From a virus (lineage: Duplodnaviria; Heunggongvirae; Uroviricota; Caudoviricetes), in the IMG/VR virus record IMGVR_UViG_2744054628_000009, positions 1 through 22,665 of that record: a stretch of DNA of 22,665 nt; one strand, written 5' to 3'. Of the stretch, positions 9,016-18,092 are shown in pieces (positions within the stretch are counted from its first letter, which is position 1; each line of letters starts with the position of its first letter). Under the pieces are notes generated by a model that saw only the letters and a program-made list of their open reading frames with translations, ran no database searches and was not told the DNA's origin. A program made the translations under genes and the position numbers.

Positions 9016-10040
9016 TGGGAAAGAGTAAGAAAAACCGCGCTGCGGCGACGAATCAGCTCAAGCATAAAAGCCAGACTTCAGCCGAAGCATTCAGCTTTGG
9101 CGATCCCGTTCCTGTTCTGGACCGCCGTGAACTGCTGGACTATGTGGAATGCGTACAGATGGACCGCTGGTATGAGCCGCCCGTCAGCTTTGACGGACTG
9201 GCACGAACCTTCCGCGCTGCCGTGCATCACAGCTCACCGATTGCAGTAAAATGCAACATTCTGACCAGTACCTACATCCCTCACCCGCTGCTCAGCCAGC
9301 AGGCTTTTTCACGTTTTGTGCAGGACTATCTGGTATTTGGTAACGCCTACCTGGAGAAACGCACGAACCGCTTCGGTGAAGTTATCGCCCTTGAGCCTGC
9401 TCTGGCAAAATACACCCGACGCGGGTTAGACCTGGATACCTACTGGTTTGTGCAATACGGTATGACAACCCAGCCGTATCAGTTCACGAAAGGCAGCATT
9501 TTTCATCTGATGGAACCGGACATTAACCAGGAGATCTACGGCCTGCCCGGCTATCTTTCTGCCATTCCGTCCGCCCTGCTCAATGAGTCCGCCACGCTGT
9601 TCCGCCGCAAGTATTACATTAACGGTAGTCATGCAGGCTTCATCATGTACATGACCGATGCTGCGCAGAACCAGGAGGACGTGAACAACCTCCGCAATGC
9701 AATGAAAAGTGCCAAAGGTCCGGGTAACTTCCGCAACCTGTTTATGTACTCGCCTAACGGCAAAAAGGACGGCCTTCAGATCATCCCTTTGTCAGAAGTT
9801 GCGGCGAAGGATGAGTTTCTAAATATCAAGAACGTGAGCCGGGATGACATGATGGCAGCACATCGCGTTCCGCCACAGATGATGGGGATAATGCCTAATA
9901 ATGTTGGGGGATTTGGGGATGTAGAAAAAGCTAGTAAGGTATTTGTGAAAAATGAATTATTACCATTACAAAAAAGAATGAAAGAATTTAATCATTGGAG
10001 CGGTGAAGAAATTATAAAATTCGAGAGATATCAAATTTAG
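9012..10040 (+). CDS. Q: Portal protein gpQ-like
   Basis: 342 aa (P2 gpQ is about 344 aa), immediately downstream of P with an ATGA overlap. Confidence 0.8.
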   Translation: MMGKSKKNRAAATNQLKHKSQTSAEAFSFGDPVPVLDRRELLDYVECVQMDRWYEPPVSFDGLARTFRAAVHHSSPIAVKCNILTSTYIPHPLLSQQAFSRFVQDYLVFGNAYLEKRTNRFGEVIALEPALAKYTRRGLDLDTYWFVQYGMTTQPYQFTKGSIFHLMEPDINQEIYGLPGYLSAIPSALLNESATLFRRKYYINGSHAGFIMYMTDAAQNQEDVNNLRNAMKSAKGPGNFRNLFMYSPNGKKDGLQIIPLSEVAAKDEFLNIKNVSRDDMMAAHRVPPQMMGIMPNNVGGFGDVEKASKVFVKNELLPLQKRMKEFNHWSGEEIIKFERYQI

Positions 10041-10041
10041 C

Positions 10042-10066
10042 AAAGTGCCTCTAAAAGAGGCGCTTT
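10042..10066. terminator. Hairpin between the convergent Q and DprA-like genes (possible bidirectional terminator)
   Basis: aaagtgcctct-aaa-agaggcgcttt: an 11-bp stem with one G-T pair, A-rich on the 5-prime side and T-rich on the 3-prime side. Confidence 0.45.
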
Positions 10067-11039
10067 AAATCAAGTCTAATGTACTCTGTTTCCCTGGCCA
10101 TTTTAGCTCTAACAAATACTCCCGAGACTCATTTATGATCATAATCACATCATCATAATCCCGTTTTGTTTTTAACGCTCTAGCCATGTTGCTCTTAACT
10201 AAATCAACTGTTCCCTCACAATTAAGATTAAGCGGATTATTAGGTAGGTGAGGTACAACCGCAAACACTGGTCTTTTCGCCTTATTTGCAAACTCAGCTT
10301 GAGTTATCGTTCCGCTATTTAACGCAGCCTCGATTAAAATTGAACCTGCAGATAATCCAACTTGTATCCGATTTCTTTGTACAAATGATTGTTTCTGGGC
10401 CGGTCGACCCATAGGATACTCAGAAATCCATGCACCACCTTTATCCAGAATCTCTTGAGCAAGTCGACTGTTTTGCTTCGGCTTAGCCTCCTCAAGACCA
10501 TGCGCCAAGACAGCAATGGTTTTTCCTTTTGCTTGTAACGTTGCCTTATGAGCATTCGCATCAGTGCCTATTGCTAACCCACTTACAACAATATACCCAG
10601 CAGACACTATTTGATTAGTGATTCGCCTCGTTATTTCTTCCCCTGCAGGGGAAGTATCACGGGATCCTACAATTGCGACACCCGGCAATTCTTTTAGTAT
10701 ACTTTTATCCCCTTTTATGTAGAGAATTGATGGTGGATTAGGAGTAAACGCTAAACTAAGAGGATAGAATTCAGACCCATATGGTATTAGCTCCACACCA
10801 TTAACATGGTGGTTCTCCAATTCAGCATTCGCTATTAGAAAATCAGTCTCAGATATTTTATCTTTTAGAAACCCGTGGCTATTAACCATCTCAGTTAAGT
10901 CGCGTATATCACGAATAACATCAAAATCAATAAGCTCAAAGAATTTCAATACACTTTGATCAGATGCTAGCTTCCCGATTTGAATAGCTAATCCAAGTGT
11001 ATTTTTTAATTCTTCTGAGTGCACTTTGCTACTCCTCAT
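10065..11039 (-). CDS. shosA: DprA/Smf-like (SLOG-fold) protein; ShosA-like
   Basis: C-terminal region VAIVGSRDTSPAGEEI...SGLAIGTDANAHKATLQAKGKTIAVLAHGLE...QRNRIQVGLSAGSILIEAALNSGTI fits the DprA Rossmann-domain pattern. Start overlaps the upstream PRTase gene by 11 nt; an AGGAG precedes an alternative GTG at 11027. Confidence 0.65.
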   Translation of the reverse strand: MRSSKVHSEELKNTLGLAIQIGKLASDQSVLKFFELIDFDVIRDIRDLTEMVNSHGFLKDKISETDFLIANAELENHHVNGVELIPYGSEFYPLSLAFTPNPPSILYIKGDKSILKELPGVAIVGSRDTSPAGEEITRRITNQIVSAGYIVVSGLAIGTDANAHKATLQAKGKTIAVLAHGLEEAKPKQNSRLAQEILDKGGAWISEYPMGRPAQKQSFVQRNRIQVGLSAGSILIEAALNSGTITQAEFANKAKRPVFAVVPHLPNNPLNLNCEGTVDLVKSNMARALKTKRDYDDVIMIINESREYLLELKWPGKQSTLDLI

Positions 11040-11604
11040 AGTTTGCAGTTTCTAGCAGAGCTAATGGCATTATAACTCCAGCTCCTGCAGACTCCAGTAA
11101 ATAAAAACACGCAGACAAACTACCGCCTGTTGTTTTAACATCATCTAGTAGTAACACATTTCGCCCCATGAGGTTACCACCCCTAACTCTGATACTAGAC
11201 ATGTGACCAGTAATTGAGCGATCTCCTCCTTCACGATGTGCGCTAGGAACAGTGCGTGTTCTTTCCAAACAGCAATCAACAATGCCCCGACGGTGAACAT
11301 TTACGATTCGCTCGGCGACCTCAATCAAAGCCGGTGAAATTCTGCCTTCAGTGTGAGATGGGACGACTGCTATCGAAAAAGGAGACTCAACAAAACGCCC
11401 ACCGCCACCTCTGATTACTAACCGCCCAACCTTATCTATAGCTAATCGAGAAAAACGGTTAATAGCCCTTTGATGATTACGATTATTTTCATCCTTAAAA
11501 TCCATCATCTGCCTTGATAGTTCATCGCTATGAGGGTTGCGCTCTCCCAAATGCCAGTAGGGGTGATACAAGCCACACGATGTAACACTTACGGGTAAAA
11601 GCAT
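11029..11604 (-). CDS. shosT: Phosphoribosyltransferase-domain protein; ShosT-like
   Basis: Type I PRTase PRPP-binding motif VLLLDDVKTTGGSL near residue 150; 191 aa; translationally coupled to the DprA-like gene. Confidence 0.65.
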   Translation of the reverse strand: MLLPVSVTSCGLYHPYWHLGERNPHSDELSRQMMDFKDENNRNHQRAINRFSRLAIDKVGRLVIRGGGGRFVESPFSIAVVPSHTEGRISPALIEVAERIVNVHRRGIVDCCLERTRTVPSAHREGGDRSITGHMSSIRVRGGNLMGRNVLLLDDVKTTGGSLSACFYLLESAGAGVIMPLALLETANYEE

Positions 11605-11761
11605 TCTTTATTCTCATGTAGTCCTAACTCAAACAATGTTAAGCGAAATGATATTTCATAGACAAACATAAAATTAAGAATAATCTCAATGATCACATTT
11701 TTGATTATGAAACAAAGCCAAGAGTTAGCGCGCGCTCGTATCCCCGCCACGCCTGCCCGCT

Positions 11762-11880
11762 TTATGCAGTGGTTTTCATGCACATGCATGACATGAGCAA
11801 AAGCCCGCCAGTTCTGGCGGATCTGAGCAAAGACGATCCTCAATCGATCATGCGATTTCATGCAGCATAGTCATGCACTG
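11762..11880. repeat. Cluster of (T/A)CATGCA heptamer repeats flanking a GC-rich inverted repeat
   Basis: TCATGCA at 11776, 11857 and 11869; variants TTATGCA at 11762 and ACATGCA at 11782; inverted repeat ccgccag-tt-ctggcgg at 11805-11820. Lies in a 528-bp intergenic region between divergent genes. Confidence 0.4.
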
Positions 11881-12132
11881 TCAAGGAAGTGAAAATCCGT
11901 ATCTGAATGGCCACTTGAAAAACGGATCATACGGGTTTACAAAGATGAATGTTCGCTGTGAACGGGAAGCGGAAGTTAACTTTCAGATAACATAATCCAT
12001 ATGCACGAGAACCTCTAAAATAGAATGGGACACCTAAGCGGGGTACTTACAACGATTCTTTCCATATTCACAGTTAACACTCTGTTTGGCGTATTTTTAT
12101 TCAAATAGCAAACACCAATAAAAGGAGTTTCC

Positions 12133-12468
12133 ATGAACAATATTCCCCCTATACCACAGTTAGGAATTTATGTCTCAAAAATCGATCCCACCCTACGTAT
12201 CACTGTAACCGATGTTGATATTGTTGATGGTGAGGATGATTCTCCTGATGATGAATTGTTTTATTTAGTCCACTGGATCGAGGGGGAAGATGAAAGTGAT
12301 ATGACAGCAATGGGATTTGAGCTAGACCCATTAGAGTGGCAGGCTTTCGTTGAATCTGAGCAATTAGTGTTTGAGCGTGATCCGTACATGGATTCAATCC
12401 CCGAAAATTCAAACTTGGCAAAGATTCGGGATTTTCTCATGAAGACTAAACAGAATGATCATTCGTAA
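12133..12468 (+). CDS. Highly acidic small hypothetical protein (111 aa)
   Basis: Strong ribosome-binding site AAAGGAG 7 nt before the ATG; protein very rich in D/E (DVDIVDGEDDSPDDELF...EGEDESD...); no family recognised. Confidence 0.6.
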   Translation: MNNIPPIPQLGIYVSKIDPTLRITVTDVDIVDGEDDSPDDELFYLVHWIEGEDESDMTAMGFELDPLEWQAFVESEQLVFERDPYMDSIPENSNLAKIRDFLMKTKQNDHS

Positions 12469-12660
12469 GTGTAAGCATCCATCAGGAAAATGGTTTTGTA
12501 AGTGAATCATCAACTTTTAGAGAGTCTCAGACACTCCCACTTCTGCTTCTGACACAAAGCGGACGATCACTTATCAAAATAACCGCCCACCTTACGCCTT
12601 ATTTCACTCATTGCCCAAACTAGCCCCCATCAGAATGAATCCTCCTGGGGGCAACATTTC

Positions 12661-12894
12661 TTAATGCAGCCAGCTGTCGTCCTCCCACACCTTCTGCATA
12701 ATTTTCATCACTTGTTTTCTTTCTTCATCCAGTTGCAGTCCGGTTAGTTCCACACCGTTAGAGCTACCTTTGCGAATGCGAATTACCGTTTTGGGATACA
12801 GGGGGCGCAGATTGCGGTAAAGCTCGGATTCAAGTGCGTCCAGGGTAGACTGGCTAATCTTCTGCTCTTTATCGATCATTATTTCAATGCGCAT
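12661..12894 (-). CDS. DinI-like protein
   Basis: MRIEIMIDKEQKISQSTLDALESELYRNL...KIMQKVWEDDSWL resembles DinI (MRIEVTIAK...). Own GAGGTG ribosome-binding site; the ORF-track start at 12966 is likely an artefactual extension. Confidence 0.7.
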   Translation of the reverse strand: MRIEIMIDKEQKISQSTLDALESELYRNLRPLYPKTVIRIRKGSSNGVELTGLQLDEERKQVMKIMQKVWEDDSWLH

Positions 12895-12904
12895 AAAAGT
12901 CACC

Positions 12905-13093
12905 TCAGCTGATGACATCCATTGAGCGGTTGTATTCGTGGCTTCTGATTTTTGCCATGAGTTCATCAGTCAATTCAGAAACCCACTGCAGAGCCAGCCC
13001 CTTCTCTTCATCACTACACTCACTAGCCGCTACAAGCTTAAGAAAAAAATCAATGCGCTGGAGCTTCAAAGACTCCAAAAAATAGTCCTGCAT
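12905..13093 (-). CDS. Small SOS-regulated protein, first gene of a LexA-controlled operon (Tum-like antirepressor candidate)
   Basis: 62-aa ORF preceded by an AGGAGG ribosome-binding site and a LexA box; its stop overlaps the ribosome-binding site of the DinI-like gene. Function inferred from position only. Confidence 0.5.
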   Translation of the reverse strand: MQDYFLESLKLQRIDFFLKLVAASECSDEEKGLALQWVSELTDELMAKIRSHEYNRSMDVIS

Positions 13094-13133
13094 CTTTCCT
13101 CCTATGACACCAAAACAATACTGTATACATAAC

Positions 13134-13153
13134 CACTGTTTATATTTACAGTA
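13134..13153 (-). promoter_or_regulatory. LexA operator (SOS box) in the promoter of the tum/dinI-like operon
   Basis: caCTGTttatatttACAGta is a perfect CTGT-N8-ACAG with an AT-rich spacer, 41-60 nt upstream of the ATG at 13093; a CTGT half-site sits at 13121-13124. Confidence 0.7.
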
Positions 13154-13245
13154 TATAATAATCTTACTGATGTAAAACGTTTTTTTACGTTCATCGGCCT
13201 GATATGCCTGGTATTATTAAGAGCACGAATTGTTAACCCGCGTAA

Positions 13246-15660
13246 TTAATACAGGTTCCGCCACTTATCATCTTCCTTCAGACGCTGGTTCCGATAGAAG
13301 ATACGCAGGCCTGCTCCTGACGGAATACTGCCGCCGCGAAGGAGCAAATCGACTTCTTTCTCGCTGCCATCAAATCCCCTGGACTTCAGTTCATAGACGA
13401 GCTGCTGTCGCTGATGGTCTGTAATTCGCTGTTTGTAGTCTTTACGCCGTTTCGGTTTCACCTGGCGTAACCTTGCAGCCAGTTCCCGGCGCTCTTTTTT
13501 GCTCATACTGTGCAGGTAATCGTGCAACTCCTTGTCATTCATACGGGTAATATCCGTTCTGGAGTCCCCATCAGCTGATTTGTCTTTCCCTTGTTGGTTC
13601 AAATTTTCAGCAAGGGGACAGTTATTGCCACGAGTCCAAGGGGCGCAAGCGCCCTGGTCGGCTGCCGCCTCCTGAACGTCAACGACCTTACGAACCATTT
13701 TCCATTTCATTGCATGAGTGCAGATCTTGCCCTGTACAATGGGTGACCAGATGCCATAAATACGAATACCGTGATCGCCATAAGCGGTCGGCTCTTCGTT
13801 AATTTCATAAGCTGTTCTGATAAGGTGATATTTGCGGGGAACCAGTACGCCGCCCTGCTTCATGATGTAGGTGGCAAAACAGCCAGCATCAGCGGCAGCC
13901 AGGATGGCATCAAGGCGCGGGTCATCCAGTACCGGCGCACCTGCTTTTTTATCACCCTGTTGCCTTGCCGCCTGACCAGCCAGCAAGCGAAGTTCACGGT
14001 ACGCCTGACGCCCCGGAATACCAAAGAAGCGGAACTGCTGAACACGATGCAGAGACGCCCAGGCATTAACGTATTCGGCGTTATCACGCAGGGATTTACC
14101 CGTTTCCTTGCTGATCTCGCCAGCCAGACCACGTCCGTCAATGTTCTTACTGATGTATTTCGCGATGTAGCTTGTCGGCGTTCCTTTGCGCGGGTTTATC
14201 AGCTCAGACTTAAAGCGTGGACCCGTGTTATTGCCCAGTTCCTCGCGGTCTTCACGGATGGCAAACTTACGCAACAATGCAGTAATGGCGCGGCGGTCTT
14301 TTTTGCGCATGAAACACATGAGATGCCAGTGCACAGTACCGTCATGGTGCGGCTCAGCCACCCGCACGCCATACCAGCGCAACCCGGCTTTGTGCATAGC
14401 CTTACGAAATGCAGCAAACATGCCGACCAGATAATCGCTGCTTTGTCTTACCGTCGCATTTGTCCAGGTTGGGTTTGGTCTGCCGTTATTGAGCGTAGAA
14501 TGGAAACGTGACGGACAGGTAATGGTGTAGAAAACGGCGCAGTCACCACGCATTTCCGCGATAAGCTCCAGACCTTTAACACAGGCCATCATCTCATTGC
14601 GGCGGTGCGCCGGGTTGCTGCTGCTGGCGTTTACCACGTCTTCCATATCCAGCGTGTCGCCGTCTTCGTTCACCAGTTCATGAGAACGGAAAAACTCCAG
14701 CGACTTGCGGCGCTGCTCACGTTTATGCGTCACTGCTTCATAGCTGACATAGGGAGATGCTTTTTTGCTGACCAGGCAGACAGCACGCAACTGCTCTTCC
14801 CGCCATTCGCAACGTATCTTCCACAATTTTCGATACCACCAGTCGGCGCAAAGCATACGTGCCAGCGAACCCGGTATGAGTTCATAGGGCACGGGTTTGC
14901 GGCGGTTTCTTTTCCGACGGAGTTTCTCAAACGCAGGCGGGATAACATCCAGACGCAGGGTTTCCGCTGCCACCTTTTCCCATGTCTTGCGGATTTCTTC
15001 TGGCTTAACGTCATCGGAGGCATACAAATCACCACAAGCGGCCTCAAGACACATGCTCATATGCGCTGCTACCAAGGTGGACAGGCGTTTTACCTGATCC
15101 TGACTCATTTCAGGTAGGATCAGCAGGCCCTCAAGCCCTTGATGGCTTGCCATAAAACGGAAAGAAGCGGATAGCTGACTGTCGCGTACATACTCCAGTC
15201 GCTCCAGACATGACTTAATCGTCTCACGCAAATAGCGGGAATAAGCCTTTGGCCTGCCCAGGCTGCTGAAGTATTCGATACGTTGCATCAGCGGCTTGCT
15301 GATGTGGGTGGGCTGGGCGCTGACGTCCGCCAGAATGACCATGTCCGGGTTAAAACGCTGCTGCTCATGCGCCAGCTTTGCCCGACTAATGAGATTATCC
15401 TGCTCCATTTCGCGCTGGACAGGATCACGGGATTCATTAAAGAAATAACGCTCCCAGACCTGCTCACTCAGTGCATCGCGGCGCAGCTGTTCCTGCTCGT
15501 TATCGGCAGCGTACAAAGTGATCATGTTTGAAAGTGCAGACTCCGGCGCAACTTCCGCCGGGTCCAGATAAGGGTTAATGGCCTTTTTCGGGCCGTTCCA
15601 TGAAAATGCTGCAGCGGCCTCGTTAAAGCCGCTAGAGTTGCTCATATCATCATGACTCAT
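13246..15660 (-). CDS. A: Replication initiation protein gpA-like (rolling-circle nickase)
   Basis: 804-aa ORF at the end of the early operon with an ATGA overlap to the upstream dam gene; sequence recalls P2/186 gpA. Confidence 0.8.
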   Translation of the reverse strand: MSHDDMSNSSGFNEAAAAFSWNGPKKAINPYLDPAEVAPESALSNMITLYAADNEQEQLRRDALSEQVWERYFFNESRDPVQREMEQDNLISRAKLAHEQQRFNPDMVILADVSAQPTHISKPLMQRIEYFSSLGRPKAYSRYLRETIKSCLERLEYVRDSQLSASFRFMASHQGLEGLLILPEMSQDQVKRLSTLVAAHMSMCLEAACGDLYASDDVKPEEIRKTWEKVAAETLRLDVIPPAFEKLRRKRNRRKPVPYELIPGSLARMLCADWWYRKLWKIRCEWREEQLRAVCLVSKKASPYVSYEAVTHKREQRRKSLEFFRSHELVNEDGDTLDMEDVVNASSSNPAHRRNEMMACVKGLELIAEMRGDCAVFYTITCPSRFHSTLNNGRPNPTWTNATVRQSSDYLVGMFAAFRKAMHKAGLRWYGVRVAEPHHDGTVHWHLMCFMRKKDRRAITALLRKFAIREDREELGNNTGPRFKSELINPRKGTPTSYIAKYISKNIDGRGLAGEISKETGKSLRDNAEYVNAWASLHRVQQFRFFGIPGRQAYRELRLLAGQAARQQGDKKAGAPVLDDPRLDAILAAADAGCFATYIMKQGGVLVPRKYHLIRTAYEINEEPTAYGDHGIRIYGIWSPIVQGKICTHAMKWKMVRKVVDVQEAAADQGACAPWTRGNNCPLAENLNQQGKDKSADGDSRTDITRMNDKELHDYLHSMSKKERRELAARLRQVKPKRRKDYKQRITDHQRQQLVYELKSRGFDGSEKEVDLLLRGGSIPSGAGLRIFYRNQRLKEDDKWRNLY

Positions 15661-16513
15661 ACACGCACCTCGTACACAGCAGAACTATCCACGCCACGCG
15701 AAGGATCAAATCCCACCCAGCAGCGCGCCCCGGAAACAGCAATGATTTCTGTTGCAGATTTACTCTCGCCAGCCGACACGCCGATGCTGCGTTTTGCCTT
15801 GATGTAGTGGTGAGTGAAATTGCGATACAGCGAACGAATCAGGGATGTGTCACTGTTAGAAACAATGACCGGATGACCTTCAGATGATCGATGTTCAAGA
15901 ACGGATGCCAGGTGATACTGGTCATCCTCAGTGAAGCCATCAGTGTGATAGCCGGAAAACGTACCGTCATAAGGCGGATCGCAATACACCACATCCCCCG
16001 CCTTCAACATCGCCAGCGTTTCATCAAAGCTGGCGCAGATAAACGTTGCTCGCTGGGCTTTTTCTGCAAATTTGCGAATTTCTTTTTCAGGGAAATACGG
16101 ATTTTTATAATTCCCGTAGGGAATGTTGAATGCCCGCTCTTGTTATAGCGACATAACCCACGGTAACCATGACGATTGAGATACAGGAAATATACCGCTT
16201 TCATGAAATCAGTAATTTCAGTGGAGTAATTAAACTCCTGCCTTATGTTGTAATAAGCCACCTCCCTGTTTGCTTCCTCAAATAAAGCTCTGGCACGAGA
16301 TATAAACGCCTCGCAATCAGCAGCAACCTTTTTATAGAGGTTGATTAAATCAGGATTAATATCCGCAACAAGATAGCTGGGGTAATCCGTCTCTATCATC
16401 ACAGCACAAGAACCCGCGAAAGGTTCAACCAGTCGCGGGCCAGCAGGAAGGTATTTTTTCAGTTCTGGCATAATGGCGGTTTTATTACCCGCCCATTTCA
16501 GGATGGTGCTCAT
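15657..16513 (-). pseudogene. dam: DNA adenine methyltransferase (Dam-like) with a frameshift near 16129-16131
   Basis: N-terminal ORF has motif I ([11 protein letters not shown]) and ...[17 protein letters not shown]; the -1 frame continues [38 protein letters not shown]...VVYCDPPY (motif IV). One base missing in a short homopolymer. Confidence 0.8.
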
Positions 16514-16737
16514 ACAGCACCTCCGTTGTAATGTTTGCCTTTCAGCTCTGCGATTTCCTGACAGGTAATGCAAAGCTGCACACCCGGAATGGCGCGACGT
16601 CGTGCTGGCGGAATTGGTGCTTCACACTCAATGCAAAGCACGCGGGATACGCCCGGCGTTTTGGCGCGGGCAGCACGGATATGACGCTGGCGTTCTTCTT
16701 CAACGCGCTGCTGTACGAGATCCATTGCATCAGCCAT
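16510..16737 (-). CDS. TraR/DksA-family C4 zinc-finger protein
   Basis: C-x2-C ... C-x2-C pattern ([26 protein letters not shown]); AGGAG ribosome-binding site; ATGA overlaps with both neighbours. Confidence 0.7.
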   Translation of the reverse strand: MADAMDLVQQRVEEERQRHIRAARAKTPGVSRVLCIECEAPIPPARRRAIPGVQLCITCQEIAELKGKHYNGGAV

Positions 16738-16970
16738 CAGTGGATCTCCTGCGCTTCGTTCTGGATTGCTTCAGCAGTCACACGCAGCAGTTCTGCCGCT
16801 TCGACGTGGTTTAGCTGGCGGGATGTGATATGACACGCTAGGCTATCAAGGCGAGCTGCCATTGCTTCAGCCCTTGCCCGGCGTTCTTCCAGACGAGCCT
16901 CTGTCAGTAAAATATTAAGCCCTGCATCATCCGGTCCGGTTTTAGTCGTGAGGGTTTCAATATTACGCAT
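16737..16970 (-). CDS. Hypothetical early-operon protein
   Basis: AGGAGA ribosome-binding site 7 nt before ATG 16970; stop overlaps the start of the TraR-like gene. Confidence 0.5.
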   Translation of the reverse strand: MRNIETLTTKTGPDDAGLNILLTEARLEERRARAEAMAARLDSLACHITSRQLNHVEAAELLRVTAEAIQNEAQEIH

Positions 16971-17037
16971 AATCAATTCTCCTGAATTTAGATAAAGGGA
17001 TGCCTGGCGGGTTTACGCCATGAATTTCATTAGTTGG

Positions 17038-17379
17038 TTAATTCGGCATGGTTAGCCGTCTGGGAAATAAGCTCACCACTGCACGAAAATGATTCATTGC
17101 TTTAATCAGCTCCCGCTTTTCGTCAGTGGTCAGCTCATTAATGCTGATGCTATGACGTTCAGCTGGAATTTTTGCCATAAAGAATATGGCAGCCAGTGCC
17201 CGTTTATTTTGTTCATTATTGATATCCCGTGGATCACGCATATCTTTAATAAACCGCTCAAGCTCTGACTCAATATTCAGGCCAAAAACTTTCGCTCTTA
17301 ATTCCGCAATATGATTAAGTCCATTCAGGCGTTCACCGGGGCTTAATGGAACAGTCGCCGCAGCGCCTTCAATAGCCAT
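17038..17379 (-). CDS. Hypothetical early-operon protein (113 aa)
   Basis: GGGGGAA ribosome-binding site 5 nt upstream of ATG 17379; lies in the cII-to-A early operon. Confidence 0.5.
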   Translation of the reverse strand: MAIEGAAATVPLSPGERLNGLNHIAELRAKVFGLNIESELERFIKDMRDPRDINNEQNKRALAAIFFMAKIPAERHSISINELTTDEKRELIKAMNHFRAVVSLFPRRLTMPN

Positions 17380-17543
17380 TGGTTCCCCCGTTTTTTCGTT
17401 GATAGTTCTGCCAGCAATTCATCTTGTGAACGGCACGGATGCCAGCGTTTACCATCCTCACCCATGATCCAGCCGTGACCGTAGTGCATTGCCGGACTTT
17501 GTTTTACCAGCAGCGATGCAAATGATGGTTCTTTCGTCAGCAT
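17343..17543 (-). CDS. Hypothetical early-operon protein (66 aa)
   Basis: GAGGTG ribosome-binding site overlapping the cII stop; ATG at 17543; the longer ORF-track version (start 17573) overlaps cII. Confidence 0.5.
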   Translation of the reverse strand: MLTKEPSFASLLVKQSPAMHYGHGWIMGEDGKRWHPCRSQDELLAELSTKKRGNQWLLKALRRLFH

Positions 17544-17550
17544 AAGCACC

Positions 17551-18066
17551 TCACAGCAAACCGAATGAAGCACCGAGGCCAGTCACGGTATCAACTGCAC
17601 TCGCCATCGCAGGATTAGCCTGTAAACGGGCCTGCAATGAAACAGCAGCCAGCGCCATCAGTCGTGTAACAGAGTTAATGCTGCTGATCGCATCACGACG
17701 GCCTGCACTGGTTTTTACATCGCCAGAAACCGCACCTGCCGCGACACGCCCTATCTCTGCAGTTGCACTCATGACGTAATGCGGCAGTTTCTCTTTTGCC
17801 ACCTCATTAATCGGTACACATGGCAGGCAGTGAATCTGTGCCAGAAAGCCATCTACCAGCGTTGAATCTTCAGTCAGATCGGTAAGCAGCCAGATTTCTG
17901 GCGCATTGAGCTGATGCGGTTGATCTGGGTTGAGTTTGTTTCGCAGAGTCTGGACATTCATTCCTGCACGTTCTGCCAGCTTCGCCATATTGTGACGAAG
18001 TGCAAAAGCTCTACAGGCTTCATCAAAATGCGGGTGTTTGGAAACTTGGTAATCAAACATGGTCAA
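17551..18066 (-). CDS. cII: Phage 186 CII-like lysogeny-establishment activator
   Basis: [47 protein letters not shown]... closely matches remembered 186 CII; 171 aa versus about 169 aa. Confidence 0.8.
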   Translation of the reverse strand: MTMFDYQVSKHPHFDEACRAFALRHNMAKLAERAGMNVQTLRNKLNPDQPHQLNAPEIWLLTDLTEDSTLVDGFLAQIHCLPCVPINEVAKEKLPHYVMSATAEIGRVAAGAVSGDVKTSAGRRDAISSINSVTRLMALAAVSLQARLQANPAMASAVDTVTGLGASFGLL

Positions 18067-18092
18067 TGCCTCTGATGTATTTCAGAATCGAA

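Noticed and set aside
11589-11861. 90-aa minus-strand ORF upstream of the PRTase gene, as a possible N-terminal extension or extra gene
   Set aside because: It overlaps the PRTase start, runs through the heptamer-repeat region and its translation is low-complexity; more likely non-coding.
11605-12132. Retron msr/msd or CRISPR array in the repeat-containing intergenic region
   Set aside because: There is no reverse transcriptase or cas gene in the window, and the repeats are short heptamers without regular repeat-spacer periodicity.
12661-13093. The two overlapping ORFs as a single frameshifted tum gene
   Set aside because: The DinI-like ORF has its own strong ribosome-binding site and ATG immediately after the upstream stop, so two coupled genes is the simpler reading; alignment to 186 Tum would settle it.
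13771-15531. Plus-strand ORFs within gene A (13771-14511, 14605-15117 and others)
   Set aside because: Antisense to the 804-aa replication gene, with no independent start signals.
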